From Paramoeba atlantica (taxonomy: Eukaryota > Protista > Discosea), in NCBI GenBank assembly GCA_977017575.1, contig CDRNVI010000225.1:9429-73428 (forward strand): a DNA stretch of 64,000 nt. The letters run 5' to 3'. Positions 1 through 11,600 of this stretch are shown here, piece by piece (position 1 is the first letter of the stretch; the number at the start of each line of letters is the position of its first letter). Position numbers and translations under genes: made by a program. The notes below the pieces were generated by a model. The model was not told where the DNA came from. It was given only the letters and a program-made list of their open reading frames with translations, and did not search any database.

Positions 1-2345
1 TATACAGTTTCATCCCCACAGTAATTGGATCTTGCCATCTCAGCCCAGGGGCCTACAGGTTTGAAAGACTCAGTTGAGAGGACAAAGCACTTATTAAAAT
101 TCAGTTTAGCTCCAGTCGCTTCTTCATATTTCTTGAAGGTTGGAGTGAGAGAATTGATGGTTTCAGCTTTCTGAATCACCATCCCCAAGTCATCCATAAA
201 GCCTGATAGGTTTTGGGGGTTGTATTCCTTCTTCAGGCTCACCAGGAGGATGTCAAATACAATTACAAACAAAAGGGGGGAGATCGGGCATCCTTGTCTG
301 ACACCAGTTCGACTTTGGATTGATTCATTGTTGCCTCCCCTCTTGGATCCACCAATATTTGGCAGCCAGGTTACAGATTCTCGAAGCACCTTCTCAACAA
401 CATAAATCGCTTGAGGGGGGGCGTTCAAACCTTTGAGAATATGAAGAAGTGCATCACGATTCACATAATCATATGCCTTGCAAAAGTCTGTTTGGAGGAG
501 GGTCATGTCTTTTCCTTCTGCCAGAGCTTCGTAAAAAGAGTCATACACTGATTCCACTGCTTCGTCAATTGACCTCCCCTTAAACATCGCATGCTGTTCT
601 TTAGAAATTACTCCACTTGCAATCTCCATCAACCATTTTGCCCAATATCTCATCACAATCCGATAATCTGAATTGGTAACACTGATTGGTCGAAATTGGT
701 CAGGGCGGGGGATATTCTCGACTTTGGGAATCAAACAGAGTTGGCTCTCACCAAAAGAGGGGGGGAACTCCATAATCTCACCCGCTTGTTAAATTAATTC
801 CACCCACATGTCAAAATACTTTTCTTGTGTCACCTTATATAAAGAGAAAGGGATACCATCGGGTCCTGCACTGGTGTTATTGGTTCTCTGAAGAAGTTTA
901 TCAACTTTCTTCCTGTCAACATCATGTCTCTCAACTGGGGGAAAGCGAGGATGATGGTCAGCAATCAGTTCGTCAAGAGAATCCTTGTTATATGGTCTTT
1001 CTGTACTGAGAAGGCTCTCCCAAAAGTCCTTAATTGCTTTTTTTACCACATTATCATTACAAGAGATCACTTCATCTACAATTACACCTTTAACACAGGG
1101 AGAAGATTTACGACCAGGGCGCGAGAGGTGTTCTTTTTTTTTTTTTTTTTTGAGGCAGACTTTATTCAATTAGTAGTTCTTAATCTAAGCCATTTGAATT
1201 ACATTAAATTATGTTTGTTTTTAACCTCTAACGAGAGGTGAAGTTTTAAACTTCAGCTTAGTTCAGTCGGTCTTTATGCTGAACTTTAGAACTTCTGCAA
1301 GTTCAGGCTGGAGGATACACATCAGAAGAGAGAATAATCCAAAGCTCCTTCCAAGGGAATTTATCCTCAACTTTTTAGCAGACAGGGCGCGAGGGGTGTT
1401 CATCCACAAAAATTCTGAGTTGTTGTTCGAGAACTGCAGTTCGATCCATCCCAGCTTTGATCATTCTAGGAATAGCTTTGATTCTCCATTTCTTGTCATC
1501 TCGAGAGCCATTCCATCCTATCGCAGCTGTATGAAGAAGTTCGAGTTCCAATGAAGAGAAAGAGTGTATGATTGAAGTTTTCCTTAAAATCCTGGTTTTT
1601 GCAAGACGTTTGATGATTGTCTGGAGTTTCCATAATTCTTTGAAAAGGTGAGCTTCTTTCCCTTTGTCTTTCCATAGAGGGACTAATTCCCACGCCTTCT
1701 CCTTGAGTTTAGTAAGACAACTGACAGGATCACCTTCCACATAGTCCCCAACTTCATTAATGAGGGCATTAATAAATTTAGGATCTTTAATGAGGTATTC
1801 AGGGATTCTCTTCTTGTTAGATTTCAACTCCCATTCTTTGATACTAGTTCCACCTATGATCATCGCATGGTCTTTAAAACCTGAAGGGATCACATTAACA
1901 AAAATTCTTTCACTAGGAGCATTCGAGGGAATAAAGACATGATCGATACATCGTCCTTGGAAATGGGTTGGTTCTGACCACCCCAGTCTTGATAGATTCC
2001 AAGATTCAGAGGATTCTGCGAGCTCTTTAAAAGGGGGTTTGTTAAGATCCCAGTTGAAGTCACCTCCCAGAACGTTCAGCCCATCTTTGGAGAAGAACTT
2101 TCCGATTTGGTCTTGCATAAAGGGAAGTTTCAGATCGCAATGACGGTAGACATTCATCACAGCATATTCCATATTGAAAATCTTGGTTCTCAGTCCAAAC
2201 AAACCACTCTCAGAGCTTTCAATTGGGTATGGTTCTATATCATGAAGGCTTTCCATTCTTCTGACTCCAATGGCAAGGCCCCGCTTCCGTTCTGAGAAGG
2301 GGTCTTTGAACCACAAATATTTCCTCAAACAATTCTTGAGATGAT
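1..2345 (-). mobile_element. L1-like non-LTR retrotransposon (LINE) ORF2, APE endonuclease + reverse transcriptase; 5'-truncated, runs off the window
   Basis: ORF 1375..2328 has APE motifs (GGDFNWD, CIDHVF, FKDHAMI). Downstream on the minus strand the frame reads SAGPDGIP, FRPISVTNSDYR, TDFCKAYD, GVRQGCPISPLLF and the catalytic FMDD (~189-200). There is one in-frame TAA at 789-791 and an insertion at 1134-1382. Confidence 0.93.
1134..1382 (-). mobile_element. 249-bp poly(A)-tailed retro-insertion (5'-truncated LINE 3' end or SINE) with a 19-bp target-site duplication
   Basis: Poly-T at 1134-1152 follows the reverse complement of AATAAA. Flanks are cagggcgcgagaggtgttc (1115-1133) and cagggcgcgaggggtgttc (1383-1401), one mismatch. 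Removing the insert rejoins ...EHPSRP|GRKSSP... in frame. Confidence 0.88.
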
Positions 2346-3905
2346 CAGACCTCCCACTGTATTACCTCAAGTACTTTGGGATGATGTCCTAAAGGCCTAT
2401 TATAACTCCCTTGTCTTTGGACATCAGAAGTATGAACATCTCTATTAAGCAATTGCTGCTTCTTATTATTTTCCAGGTATGTCCCTTTATATTAAAGGCT
2501 ATTGTCATTGATGTTTGAATTGTGCAATCAATTCAAAAGGAAAGACCTTAACATCCAAATTGAACCCATATATGGCTTCATATTCTGGAGTCACTATCCA
2601 TCTTGATTGTACAAAAGGCCCAAAGACTTCAGCCAGGGGAAATACTCATTTATTGGCAATTGTGGATAACTTTTCTGGATATCTGAGGTTATATCCAATT
2701 CCTCAACCCACTGCAAAGGATGCCACTGGAGCTTTATTGCAGTACATTTGCATAAATTCAATATCATTGAAGATTGTTACTAACAATGGACCTGAATTTA
2801 TGAACAAATTCTTTATTGAATTATCTAATTTGATGGGATTGAAACAAACCACAATTTCTTTTTATAACTCTAAGAGCAATGGTTGAGTAGAATGGACACA
2901 TAAAGTCACCAAGTCAATTCTACAAGCCTATGTGGACAAATTTAGAGATGACTGGGATTTATTAGTGCCTTTAGTTGAGTTTATCTTCAATACCTCTCAA
3001 TCTTCATCAACCACATATACATTCTTTCAAGTACATTTTGGATGACCACCAATTATGCCTCTCGATATGATGTATGGGTCAGTCTATTGGCTGTATGTGA
3101 CTAAAGATGAATATGTGAGCAAACTCCAAACCGACCGAGATAAAGTCATTGAGTGGGTTTGAGCTGAATGATTGTGAGTTGCTGAAAGTCAATCTGAACT
3201 CTATAATCGAACTCATAAGTCAAGGATTGCACAACTTGAAATTGGTGACTATGTATTGTTAAGAAAATTCAGAACAACTATAGATGAAGCTGATCTTGGA
3301 AAGAAATATCAAGCCTTATTCCATCAAAAAGTGTATATGGTTGTGGGAGATTATGAGAATGGAAGTTATACATTACAAGATCTATCTCGAAAAGATCCTC
3401 CATTCAAAGCAAACATCTCAATTATCAAGAAACTCCAATTCTGTCATGAGATTAACCTGGACCCTGGGTCAAATGAAATTGGTTTTGAAAACTCCTCTGG
3501 ACCAGAGAACATCTCCTTTGACGATCACAGATATGATTTTGAGATTGAAAAAATCCTGAACCATGCTGTTCATAATGGAGAACTCTTTTACAAGATTCAA
3601 TTTAAAGGATTCTGAAAAACATCAGCTGAATGGTGCCAAGCAAGTGATGTTGATGCTGAGGAGCTCTTAAATGATTATCATCTGCATAACCCCATCAACT
3701 TTGATATACTTGGTGCTGATCATGAAGAATCCTGAGTGGCTTCACCAACAACTGTTCCAACTGGTCAACCTGCTAATGAGTCTACTCCTTCTTCCCCTCC
3801 TTCATCTTCAGAAATATCTGAGGAGCCAAGGTTCTCATCGCATGGGAGGATGCAACAGAGAAATCGACAACTCCTTGATAAAGACATCTATGCCTTTTTG
3901 ATTTA
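2346..3905 (+). pseudogene. Ty3/Gypsy-type (chromovirus-like) DDE integrase with C-terminal chromodomain, degenerate
   Basis: Zn-binding region (FGHQKY...YCH*CLNC), core IHLDC...AIVDNFSGY...IVTNNGPEF...SNG*VE, and chromodomain FEIEKILNH...FYKIQFKGF*KTSAEW. Multiple in-frame stops. Confidence 0.88.
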
Positions 3906-4039
3906 CTAAATAAAGGAGAATGAGAGCTGACATGGAACTGTCAAATTCTGAAATGGTCCAACATTCACTTTTCAAATTCTCAAATTGCACAACAACATTT
4001 TAATTGCTTTTATTATTCACTGTAAAATCTATCATTTTA

Positions 4040-4714
4040 CAGATCCAAAAAAAAGAGAACAGGAGAAGTCAACCTGTTTCTGGTCCTGCCCCTGTTTTCA
4101 TCAACAAAGAAGATTTACCAGTTGAAAATGTATTGGTGGAGGAACCCAACAATAGAAGGGAGGTGAAATCAATATTAAAAAAATTGAATCTGAACATTGA
4201 GTGGACAAGTGCAACTGAGGATTTCAGAAGAGTTTATGAGGGTTTGGAAAATGGCTCAATTTTCCCAGAGGATAAGAAATTAAGGTGCCAAGCTTTCTAC
4301 TTGGTTGGGTACCTTGTGAAGACAGGATGCACTAAGAGAAAGAAGGGTGGATCAGAAGAGATGATTAATCTCAAAGTGGGGTGGGAGAAAGGAAAGAATG
4401 AGAGTGAAGAGGAAAAAGAAAAAGTTTCACAAAAAAAAAGGAAAATCACACAAGAAAAAGAGAGTGGGGAAAGAAAGTTGGTGAACCTTCCAAATGAGGA
4501 AGGGGTGGGTGTTGTTCATCCACTTATGGAAAAATCTGAGGAAAGAAGTGGTGGTGTCCAAGATGGTGTCCCTCTTTCTTTTTTGTTTAAAGGCTCAGGT
4601 ATGAGAGTGGAAAGAGGAGAGGAGGAAGAGGGGGAAGCTATGGAGATCAAAATGAATGAGGAGTTTGCCAGAACAACCCAAACAAGGAGAGAGAGTGAGG
4701 GAGGGAAGTTAGTC

Positions 4715-4752
<38 letters not shown>

Positions 4753-5871
4753 AAACAAACAAATGATGACTAAACTCAAGAAGAGGAAGAATAAAAAGAG
4801 AAAGGGAAAGGGATTGGTGGATATCAGAAGTAGCTTTGGTGTTGGCCCCCAGGAAACTCCTTCCTCAACAACAAACTTGCCTAATGTAACCCAGTCAGAG
4901 TACCTCCCATCAGGTCCTCCAAATGATCCTGGAGTTGATCCACATGATAGATCCTCAGCTAATGTAATTGAGCATGATGAACATAGGTTTCCTGACACAT
5001 GAGTGATTTCCTGGAACATGAATGGAGTTCAAAATTTCAACAAATTGAGAACCCTGTGGAAGATGGCTGAGAGTTGTTGGCCTCTTTTCATTTTGATTCA
5101 AGAATCTCACACTAATTCTGAATGTGACCTTGATCTCATTAGAAATCAATTGAGAAAGTATATCTGGTTGAAAGACAACTCCTCTGGAAAGAGGAGGGGT
5201 TTGCTCATTGGAGTTAGGTGAATGGAGGGGATGAAAGAGATTTCTCCTTGTTTCTTTGACTAAACCATGAGTGGATTATTTGGAGTTCATGTGACTATTG
5301 AATCAATGAACTATTCTGTCTTGAACAAGTTGTGGAAGTGGGTGATGAAACTGGTGGATTTGAATTGGAGCCTTTCTGTGAAGAAAGTTCAATTTAAAAG
5401 GAGGTTTAAGGACAAGGTGATTACAACTAATAATATTTATTTCCCAGTACAAGCTGTACTGGATGGGTTGATGATTTCTCCTATGGTCATTTCAGATGAT
5501 ATTGTTAAGTGGTTTCCTGAAAGAGCTGCACCTGATGAGATGTTAGAGAGTTTTGTTGAGAATGAAAACTGAAAGTGGAGAGAGAAGTATGAGCAAGCAA
5601 GAAACCATTGGTTAAAGAATGCAATGAGACCTTCTATTGTAAGGAAGATTATTAAGCCTATTAAAGCTGGTGAGAAGAAAAGAAATTTGAAAGAGATTTG
5701 AATGAGAAATAGAAAGAAACATTAAAGCTTTTGGCCACTAAGTTGGCACTGAAGTGGGTTGATCCTACTTGACTATAACAATTTAATTTAAGTGTATCTT
5801 TGAGTGTTCAGATTACACTTCATTTCAATAAATGGCATCTCTAATGTCTAAATTTAAAAAAAAAAAAAAAA
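4040..5871 (+). mobile_element. Internally deleted LINE: putative ORF1 (~4040-4720), A-rich spacer, ORF2 APE N-terminus (4763-5325) fused to the element 3' end and poly(A)
   Basis: (R)VISWNMNG...LIQESH...LRKYIWLKD...KRRGLLIGVR aligns by eye with the APE of the LINE at 1-2345. At ~5326 it jumps to a 3' end nearly identical to 6755-7283. AATAAA and poly(A) at ~5856-5871. The ORF1 call is positional only. Confidence 0.8.
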
Positions 5872-7283
5872 GTCTCCCAACTGTGGATAAGATTGCCCAT
5901 TTCATATCTGTGAGTCCACTTTGTCAGCTGTGTAGGAAAGCCAAAGAGTCAAAGGTGCATCTCCTTGAAGAATGTCCAAAAGCCAAGGTGATTTTGAAAA
6001 CTATTGGAAAGAAATGCTTTGTTTTAAAGATTCCTGGGTGGGAGAGTGTTGACTTTGTGTGTGGATTCATGAACCAGTATCTAAAGAAGGTTGAAGCATC
6101 TGCAGTGAGTGCAGCCCTATTGAGCTTGGAAGGATTTAAGTCCCCAAGCTTTGTTGTTAAAATTTTTGATGAAATTGCTAAGATAAACAAGATGATCCCC
6201 AAACCTCAGACTATAAGGAAGGCTCCCCTTAAAGGTAAAAGAGAAGTGAAACAACCAAAGTTCAAGTACCCTGCCTTGCAAGTGTTTTATAATGGCTCTG
6301 AACATGTAGATCCCCACACCAGGGGATCTGGGTATGTGATTATTAAGGAAGGTTTGGAGGTTGGAGGTGGATTTGAAACAATTCCATTAGACTCAAATAA
6401 TTTGAGTGAGTTTTCAGGTTGCTTAGCTGGTCTACAACAAGTTATTGGTTTTGGACAACATGTAGAGATGGTGGGAGATTATAAAATTCTAACTAAGGGA
6501 GTGTCTAAGATGAAGCCTATCAATAATTTTGAGCTCAACAAGATCCTATCTGAGATCAGGAATATTGCTGAGAGTAAATTTACCAAAGTGGAGTACACTC
6601 ATGTGTATCATGAATTCAACAAGAGGTCAGATGCAATTGCAACAGCAGCAAGTCACTTTGAAGAGGATGGGATGGAAGCTGTGTTTGATAGGAACTGGGA
6701 TCCAAGAATGAAGCAACTAGCAACAACAAGTGAGGAATGGATTATTGAGAATTCCAAGTTGTGGAAGTGGGTGATGAAACCTTTGGATTTGGATTAAAGC
6801 TTTCCTATGAAGAAAGTTCAGTTTAAGAGGAGGTTTAAGGACAAAGTGATTACAACTAATAATGTTTACTTCTTAGTACAAGCTGTACTGGATGGGTCAA
6901 TGATTTCTCCTGTGTTCATTTCAGATGATATTGTTAAGTGGTTTCCTGAAAGAGCTGCACCTGGTGAGATGTTAGAAAGTTTTGTTGAGAAAGAAAACTG
7001 AAAGTGGAGAGAGGAGTATGAGCAAGCAAGGAACTGCTGGTTGAAGAGTGCAATGAGACCTTCCATTGTAAGGAAGATTATTAGGTCTATTAAGGCTGGT
7101 GAGAAGAAAAGAATTTTGAAAGAGATTCAAATGAGAAATAGAAAGAAACATTAGAGCTTTTGGCCACTAAGTTGGCACTGAAGTGGGTTGATCCTACTTG
7201 ACTATAACAATTTAATTTAAGTGTATCCTTGGGTGTCTAGATTACACTTCATTTCAATAAATGGCATCTCTGATATCTAAATT
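5326..7283 (+). repeat. Two ~530-bp direct copies of the LINE 3' end (5326-5855 and 6755-7283)
   Basis: Near-identical sequence from caagttgtggaagtgggtgatgaaac to aataaatggcatctct in both copies. Confidence 0.92.
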
Positions 7284-7293
7284 AAAAAAAAAA
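5872..7293 (+). mobile_element. 5'-truncated LINE 3' portion: CCHC zinc knuckle + RNase H + C-terminal tail + 3'UTR + poly(A)
   Basis: CQLCRKAKESKVHLLEEC; RNase H-like VFYNGS...NNLSEFSGCLAGL...VEMVGD...HVYHEFNKRSDAIA; AATAAA then poly(A) at ~7284-7293. Confidence 0.85.
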
Positions 7294-7351
7294 ATCCTGC
7301 ATGAGAGACACATGAATGTTTGTTTTTCTGGATTGCATTGAAGTATTCATT

Positions 7352-7583
7352 GGATGGAGGGGAGTGTTGGATGCAACTTTTAACCTTATTAAGATAAATC
7401 TGGTTTCATCAAAGTTGTTCAGTCATTGTTGCATCCTCTTAAAACATTGCAATGCAACCACCTATTCCATTGTTGCTTGTTCACACAACCTTGTTTGTCA
7501 CAAATAAAGTTTATTCTCATTTTCCTCTCTAAACCCTCATGTCTCACATTGGTTTTATTATTTTCCCTGTTTCACCTCCAACA
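7352..7583 (+). mobile_element. Polypurine tract (7352-7364) + 219-bp 3' LTR (7365-7583)
   Basis: ggatggaggggag immediately precedes TGTTGGA. The segment ends in the inverted repeat TCCAACA and has an internal AATAAA. A partial second copy lies at ~14945-15034. Confidence 0.82.
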
Positions 7584-7834
7584 GGTACAAAGTCCAGTTT
7601 AAAGATTATCAAGCTGCTGAAGCAACTTGGCTGTCAGCTGATGCTGTTTCTGCTCCAGACCTGATTCAACATTATCATCAAGTACACCCCCTTCCATCTC
7701 CTTCACCAATGGAAGTAACCTCTGAACCTGAAAAGGAAACTTCTCCCACACCTCCTGCTGAACCTGTGGAGAGAACATTCTCATCTTGGGGGAGGGTGCA
7801 CATGAGGAATGTGCACCTAGCTGATTATCTCTGA
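7584..7834 (+). pseudogene. C-terminal chromodomain fragment of a second integrase, interrupted by the LTR element
   Basis: RYKVQFKDYQAAEATWLSADAVSAPDLIQHYH, then a Pro-rich tail and FSSWGRVHMRN*, echoing FSSHGRMQQRN at ~3830-3870. Confidence 0.72.
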
Positions 7835-8693
7835 ACAGAACTCAAAACTCTTTCTTTTCTTCTAACATGAACAAATGAAAACAAACACTAATTTAAGAAC
7901 TCTAAACCTTTTGGAACCCCACAACTTGTATTTGCTTTATTTGGATTATTTATGTTTGCAGATTATTTATTTGGCCCCTCTTCTGAACTGCTTCACTGAA
8001 ATCTCTGAGTTCTCTTGGATTGTTTTAAGAACACTGCAACTTGTGTTCTTTCTCAATGAAATCAAAAGAATAAAAACACTTTTCAAATTCCAAATTCTGA
8101 ATTGAAGATTAATATCCAAATGGAACAAGATCAACCCCAACAAGTGGAAGACACTGTTGAAGACCTAGAGATTGATGAACCAATTGAGGAGCCTGACCAA
8201 GAAACCAATGGCACACTCTTTCTTTCAATAATAATTCAACTTTCTTTTCATTTCCTTTCAAAAAAGCAATATAAAGATCTTTTATTCCAAACTATTTTTG
8301 TTTTTTTTAAAAAAAAAAAAGATTTAGAGAGTTAGAAAAAATTTAAAAATATTACTCAAAAGGAAAAGAAAAAAGAAAAAAGAAAAAAAAAGAAGAAAAG
8401 AGAATATTGAAATAATTAAATTTTTTTATCATCTTGAAGAGTATTTCAAGTCAAATTCAATCTTGTTTCATTAAAGCAATTTTGAATAATCTCTTTTTTT
8501 GAAATAAAAATAAAAAAAAATTGAAAGAAAAATATTCAAATGAAGAATTGTTTCAAAATATAGAATATAAAAATAGAACAAGAGTAACAAACAAAGAAAA
8601 GAGAAAGAAAAGAAACAAGAAAAGAAAGAGAAGAGAGAGAGAAGAAGAAAAGAAAAAAGAAAGAAAGAAAAGAATGAATGAAAATTCAGAAAC

Positions 8694-11600
8694 CTCAAAT
8701 GAGTTTTCTTTCAACTCTTTTCTCACTTTCTCTTCTTCTTCTTTTTCTTCTTTTTCTTCTTCTTTTTCTTCATTTCTCAATTTCTCTTCTTCTCTTCTCT
8801 CAATCCTTTCTCTTTCCCCAACTACCACCTCCTCCTCCATTATATTTCTTTCATTCAAATTCATCAAGAAAAAACAAAAAACAAAACAAAACAAAAACAA
8901 AAAAAAAAAAAAAAAATACACACCCAAAACAAAAAAACAAAAAAACACAAAAAAAAAGAGAAAGAAGGGTTTTGGTTAGTTGGGAGGTCTTTTTGTTCTT
9001 TTTTGAAAGGGTTTTCAAATTTTGATAAGAAATTGTCAGGTTTCATAAAAATGGAGGTTTTGTGAGAGGAAACATAACTTTATTCTTCTTTTATTTTCAA
9101 ACTTTCACAAAATTTAATTTTTTTTTTTTGCTCAAGCTGGTTTTATAGTTTGTCCCTACAACCAAAAAAACAAAATATGAGATCATATTCTTTCTTCTCA
9201 CACTCAAATAAAATATTTATTCAACAAAACAAATCAAACAAAAAAAAAGAAAATTAAAAAAAAAAAAAGGGGAAAAGAAAATGAACAAAAAAAGAAAAGA
9301 GAGAAAAAACACCAAACCTTCAATTGAATGATGAGATCAACAATTTTGTGGTTCTTTGCAACATCAAAGACTGTCTTCCCATCCTAACAAAAAAAGAAAA
9401 AGAAGTTCAAAAAAAAAGGAAAGAATCCCACCACAACCCCCCCCCAACCCCTCCAAAATCAACAAAATCAACAAAATCAACACAAAAAGGTTAATAAAAA
9501 AAGGAAGATTACACACACCTCAACTCATACAATTAAAAAGAAATGTTCCCCAAAATCCAAATAACAAATATACACAAACCAAAAAGAGTAAAAAGATCAA
9601 AAAAGAAAAGAAAAATGAAAAAACTTTGTTTTGAATATTGACATTGGCACAATGTTCAACCAAAATCTTTACAACTTCTTCAAAACCTATCTTAGCAGCA
9701 ACATGAAGAGGGGTCCACCCAGCCTTGAGAAAAAAGATTTGAAAAAAAAAAGAATTTTTAAAAAATAAAACACAAAACAAAAATTAAAAACAAATTTCAC
9801 ACATCTCCACCCACCTATGGAAAAAGAAAATCAACAAATTCAAAATGAGAACATGAATAAGACAAGAACTTGATTTGCAAGATCAACATTTGCTTTTCCT
9901 TTTCTCAATAAAATTTGAACAATTTGTTCATGTCCATTGGAAGCAGCAAAAAAAAGAGGAGTTATTCCATCCTTTACATAAAAAAAAAATAGAAAAATGA
10001 GAAAAAGAAAAGAAAAAGAAAAAGAAACAATCAACAGAACCTTATTTGGAAGATCAACATTTGGTTTTCCTTTTTCCAATAAAATTTGAACAACTTGTTT
10101 ATGTCCATTGGAAGCAGCAATAAAAAGAGGAGTTAATCCATCCTTTACATTAAAAAAATAGAAAAATGAGAAAGTGAAAAAAAAAAAAAAGAAAGAGAAA
10201 CAAAATCAACAAAATAACCTTATGTGCAAGATCAACATTTGGTTTTCCTTTTTCCAATAAAATTTGAACAGTTTGTTCATGTCCTTTAAAAGCAGCGACA
10301 AAAAGAGGAGTTTTTCCATTCTTTTGGTTAATAAAAAAGGAAAAATGAGAAAAGAAAAAGAAAAAGGAGATCTAAACCCTGCCAACTCAACAAATCAAAA
10401 AAAAAAAACCTTTGCTGGAAGATCAACATTTGGTTTTCCTTTTTCCAATAAAATTTGAACAATTTTTTCATATCCATTTTCAGCAGCAACATAAAGAGGA
10501 GTTGCTCCATACTTTACATTAAAAAAATAGAAAAATGAGAAACTGAAAAAAAAAAGAAAAAGAAAAAGAAACAAAATCAACAAAATACCTGATTTGCAAG
10601 ATCAACATTTGGTTTCCCTTTTTCCAATAAAATTTCAACAATTTGTTCATGTCCATTTTCAGCAGCAATATAAAGAGGAGTTCTTCCATACTTTACATTA
10701 AAAAATAGAAAAATGAGAAACTGAAAAAAAAAAGAAAAAGAAAAAGAAACAAAATCAACAAAATACCTGATTTGCAAGATCAACATTTGGTTTCCCTTTT
10801 TCCAATAAAAGTTCAACAATTTGTTCATCTCCTTCTTCAACAGCAATAAAAAGAGGAGTTCTTCCATCCTTTACATTTTAAAAAAAAAAATGAGAAAGTT
10901 GAAAAAAAAGAAAAAAGAAAAAGAAAAAGAAACAATCAACAAAATAACCTTCCTTGCAAGATCAACATTTGGTTTTCCTTTTTCCAATAAAATTTCAACA
11001 ATTTGTTCATGTCCATTTTCAGCAGCAGCATAAAGAGGAGTTCTTCCATACTTTACATTCAAAAAATGAGAAAATGAGAAACTGAAAAAAAGAAAAAGAA
11101 AAAGAAACAATCAACAAAATAACCTCAGTTGCAAGATCAACATTTGGTTTTCCTTTTTCCAATAAAATTTGAACAATTTGTTTATGTCCATTTTGAGCAA
11201 CAATAAAAAGAGGCATTCTTCCATACTTTACTTTAAAAAAAATAGAAAAATGAGAAACTGAAAAAGAAAGAGAAAAAAAAAGAAACAATTAACAAAATAA
11301 CCTGATCTGCAAGATCAACATTTGGTTTTCCTTTTTCCAATAAAATTTGAACAATTTGTTCATGTCCATTTTCAGCAGCAGCATAAAGAGGAGTTATTCC
11401 ATACTTTACATTCAATAAAATAGAAAAATGAGAAAGTAACAAAAAAAAAAGAAAAAAAAACAAACAACAAAATAACCTGATCTGCAAGATCAACATTTGG
11501 TTTTCCTTTTTCCAATAAAATTTGAACAATTTGTTCATGTCCATTTTCAGCAGCAGCATAAAGAGGAGTTCTTCCATACTTTACATTCAAAAAAATAGAA

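Noticed and set aside
2346-7300. TGA reassigned as a sense codon
   Set aside because: In-frame TGAs cluster in decayed TEs at Arg positions, alongside other C>T/G>A changes. Long host ORFs lack internal TGA. CpG decay explains the pattern better.
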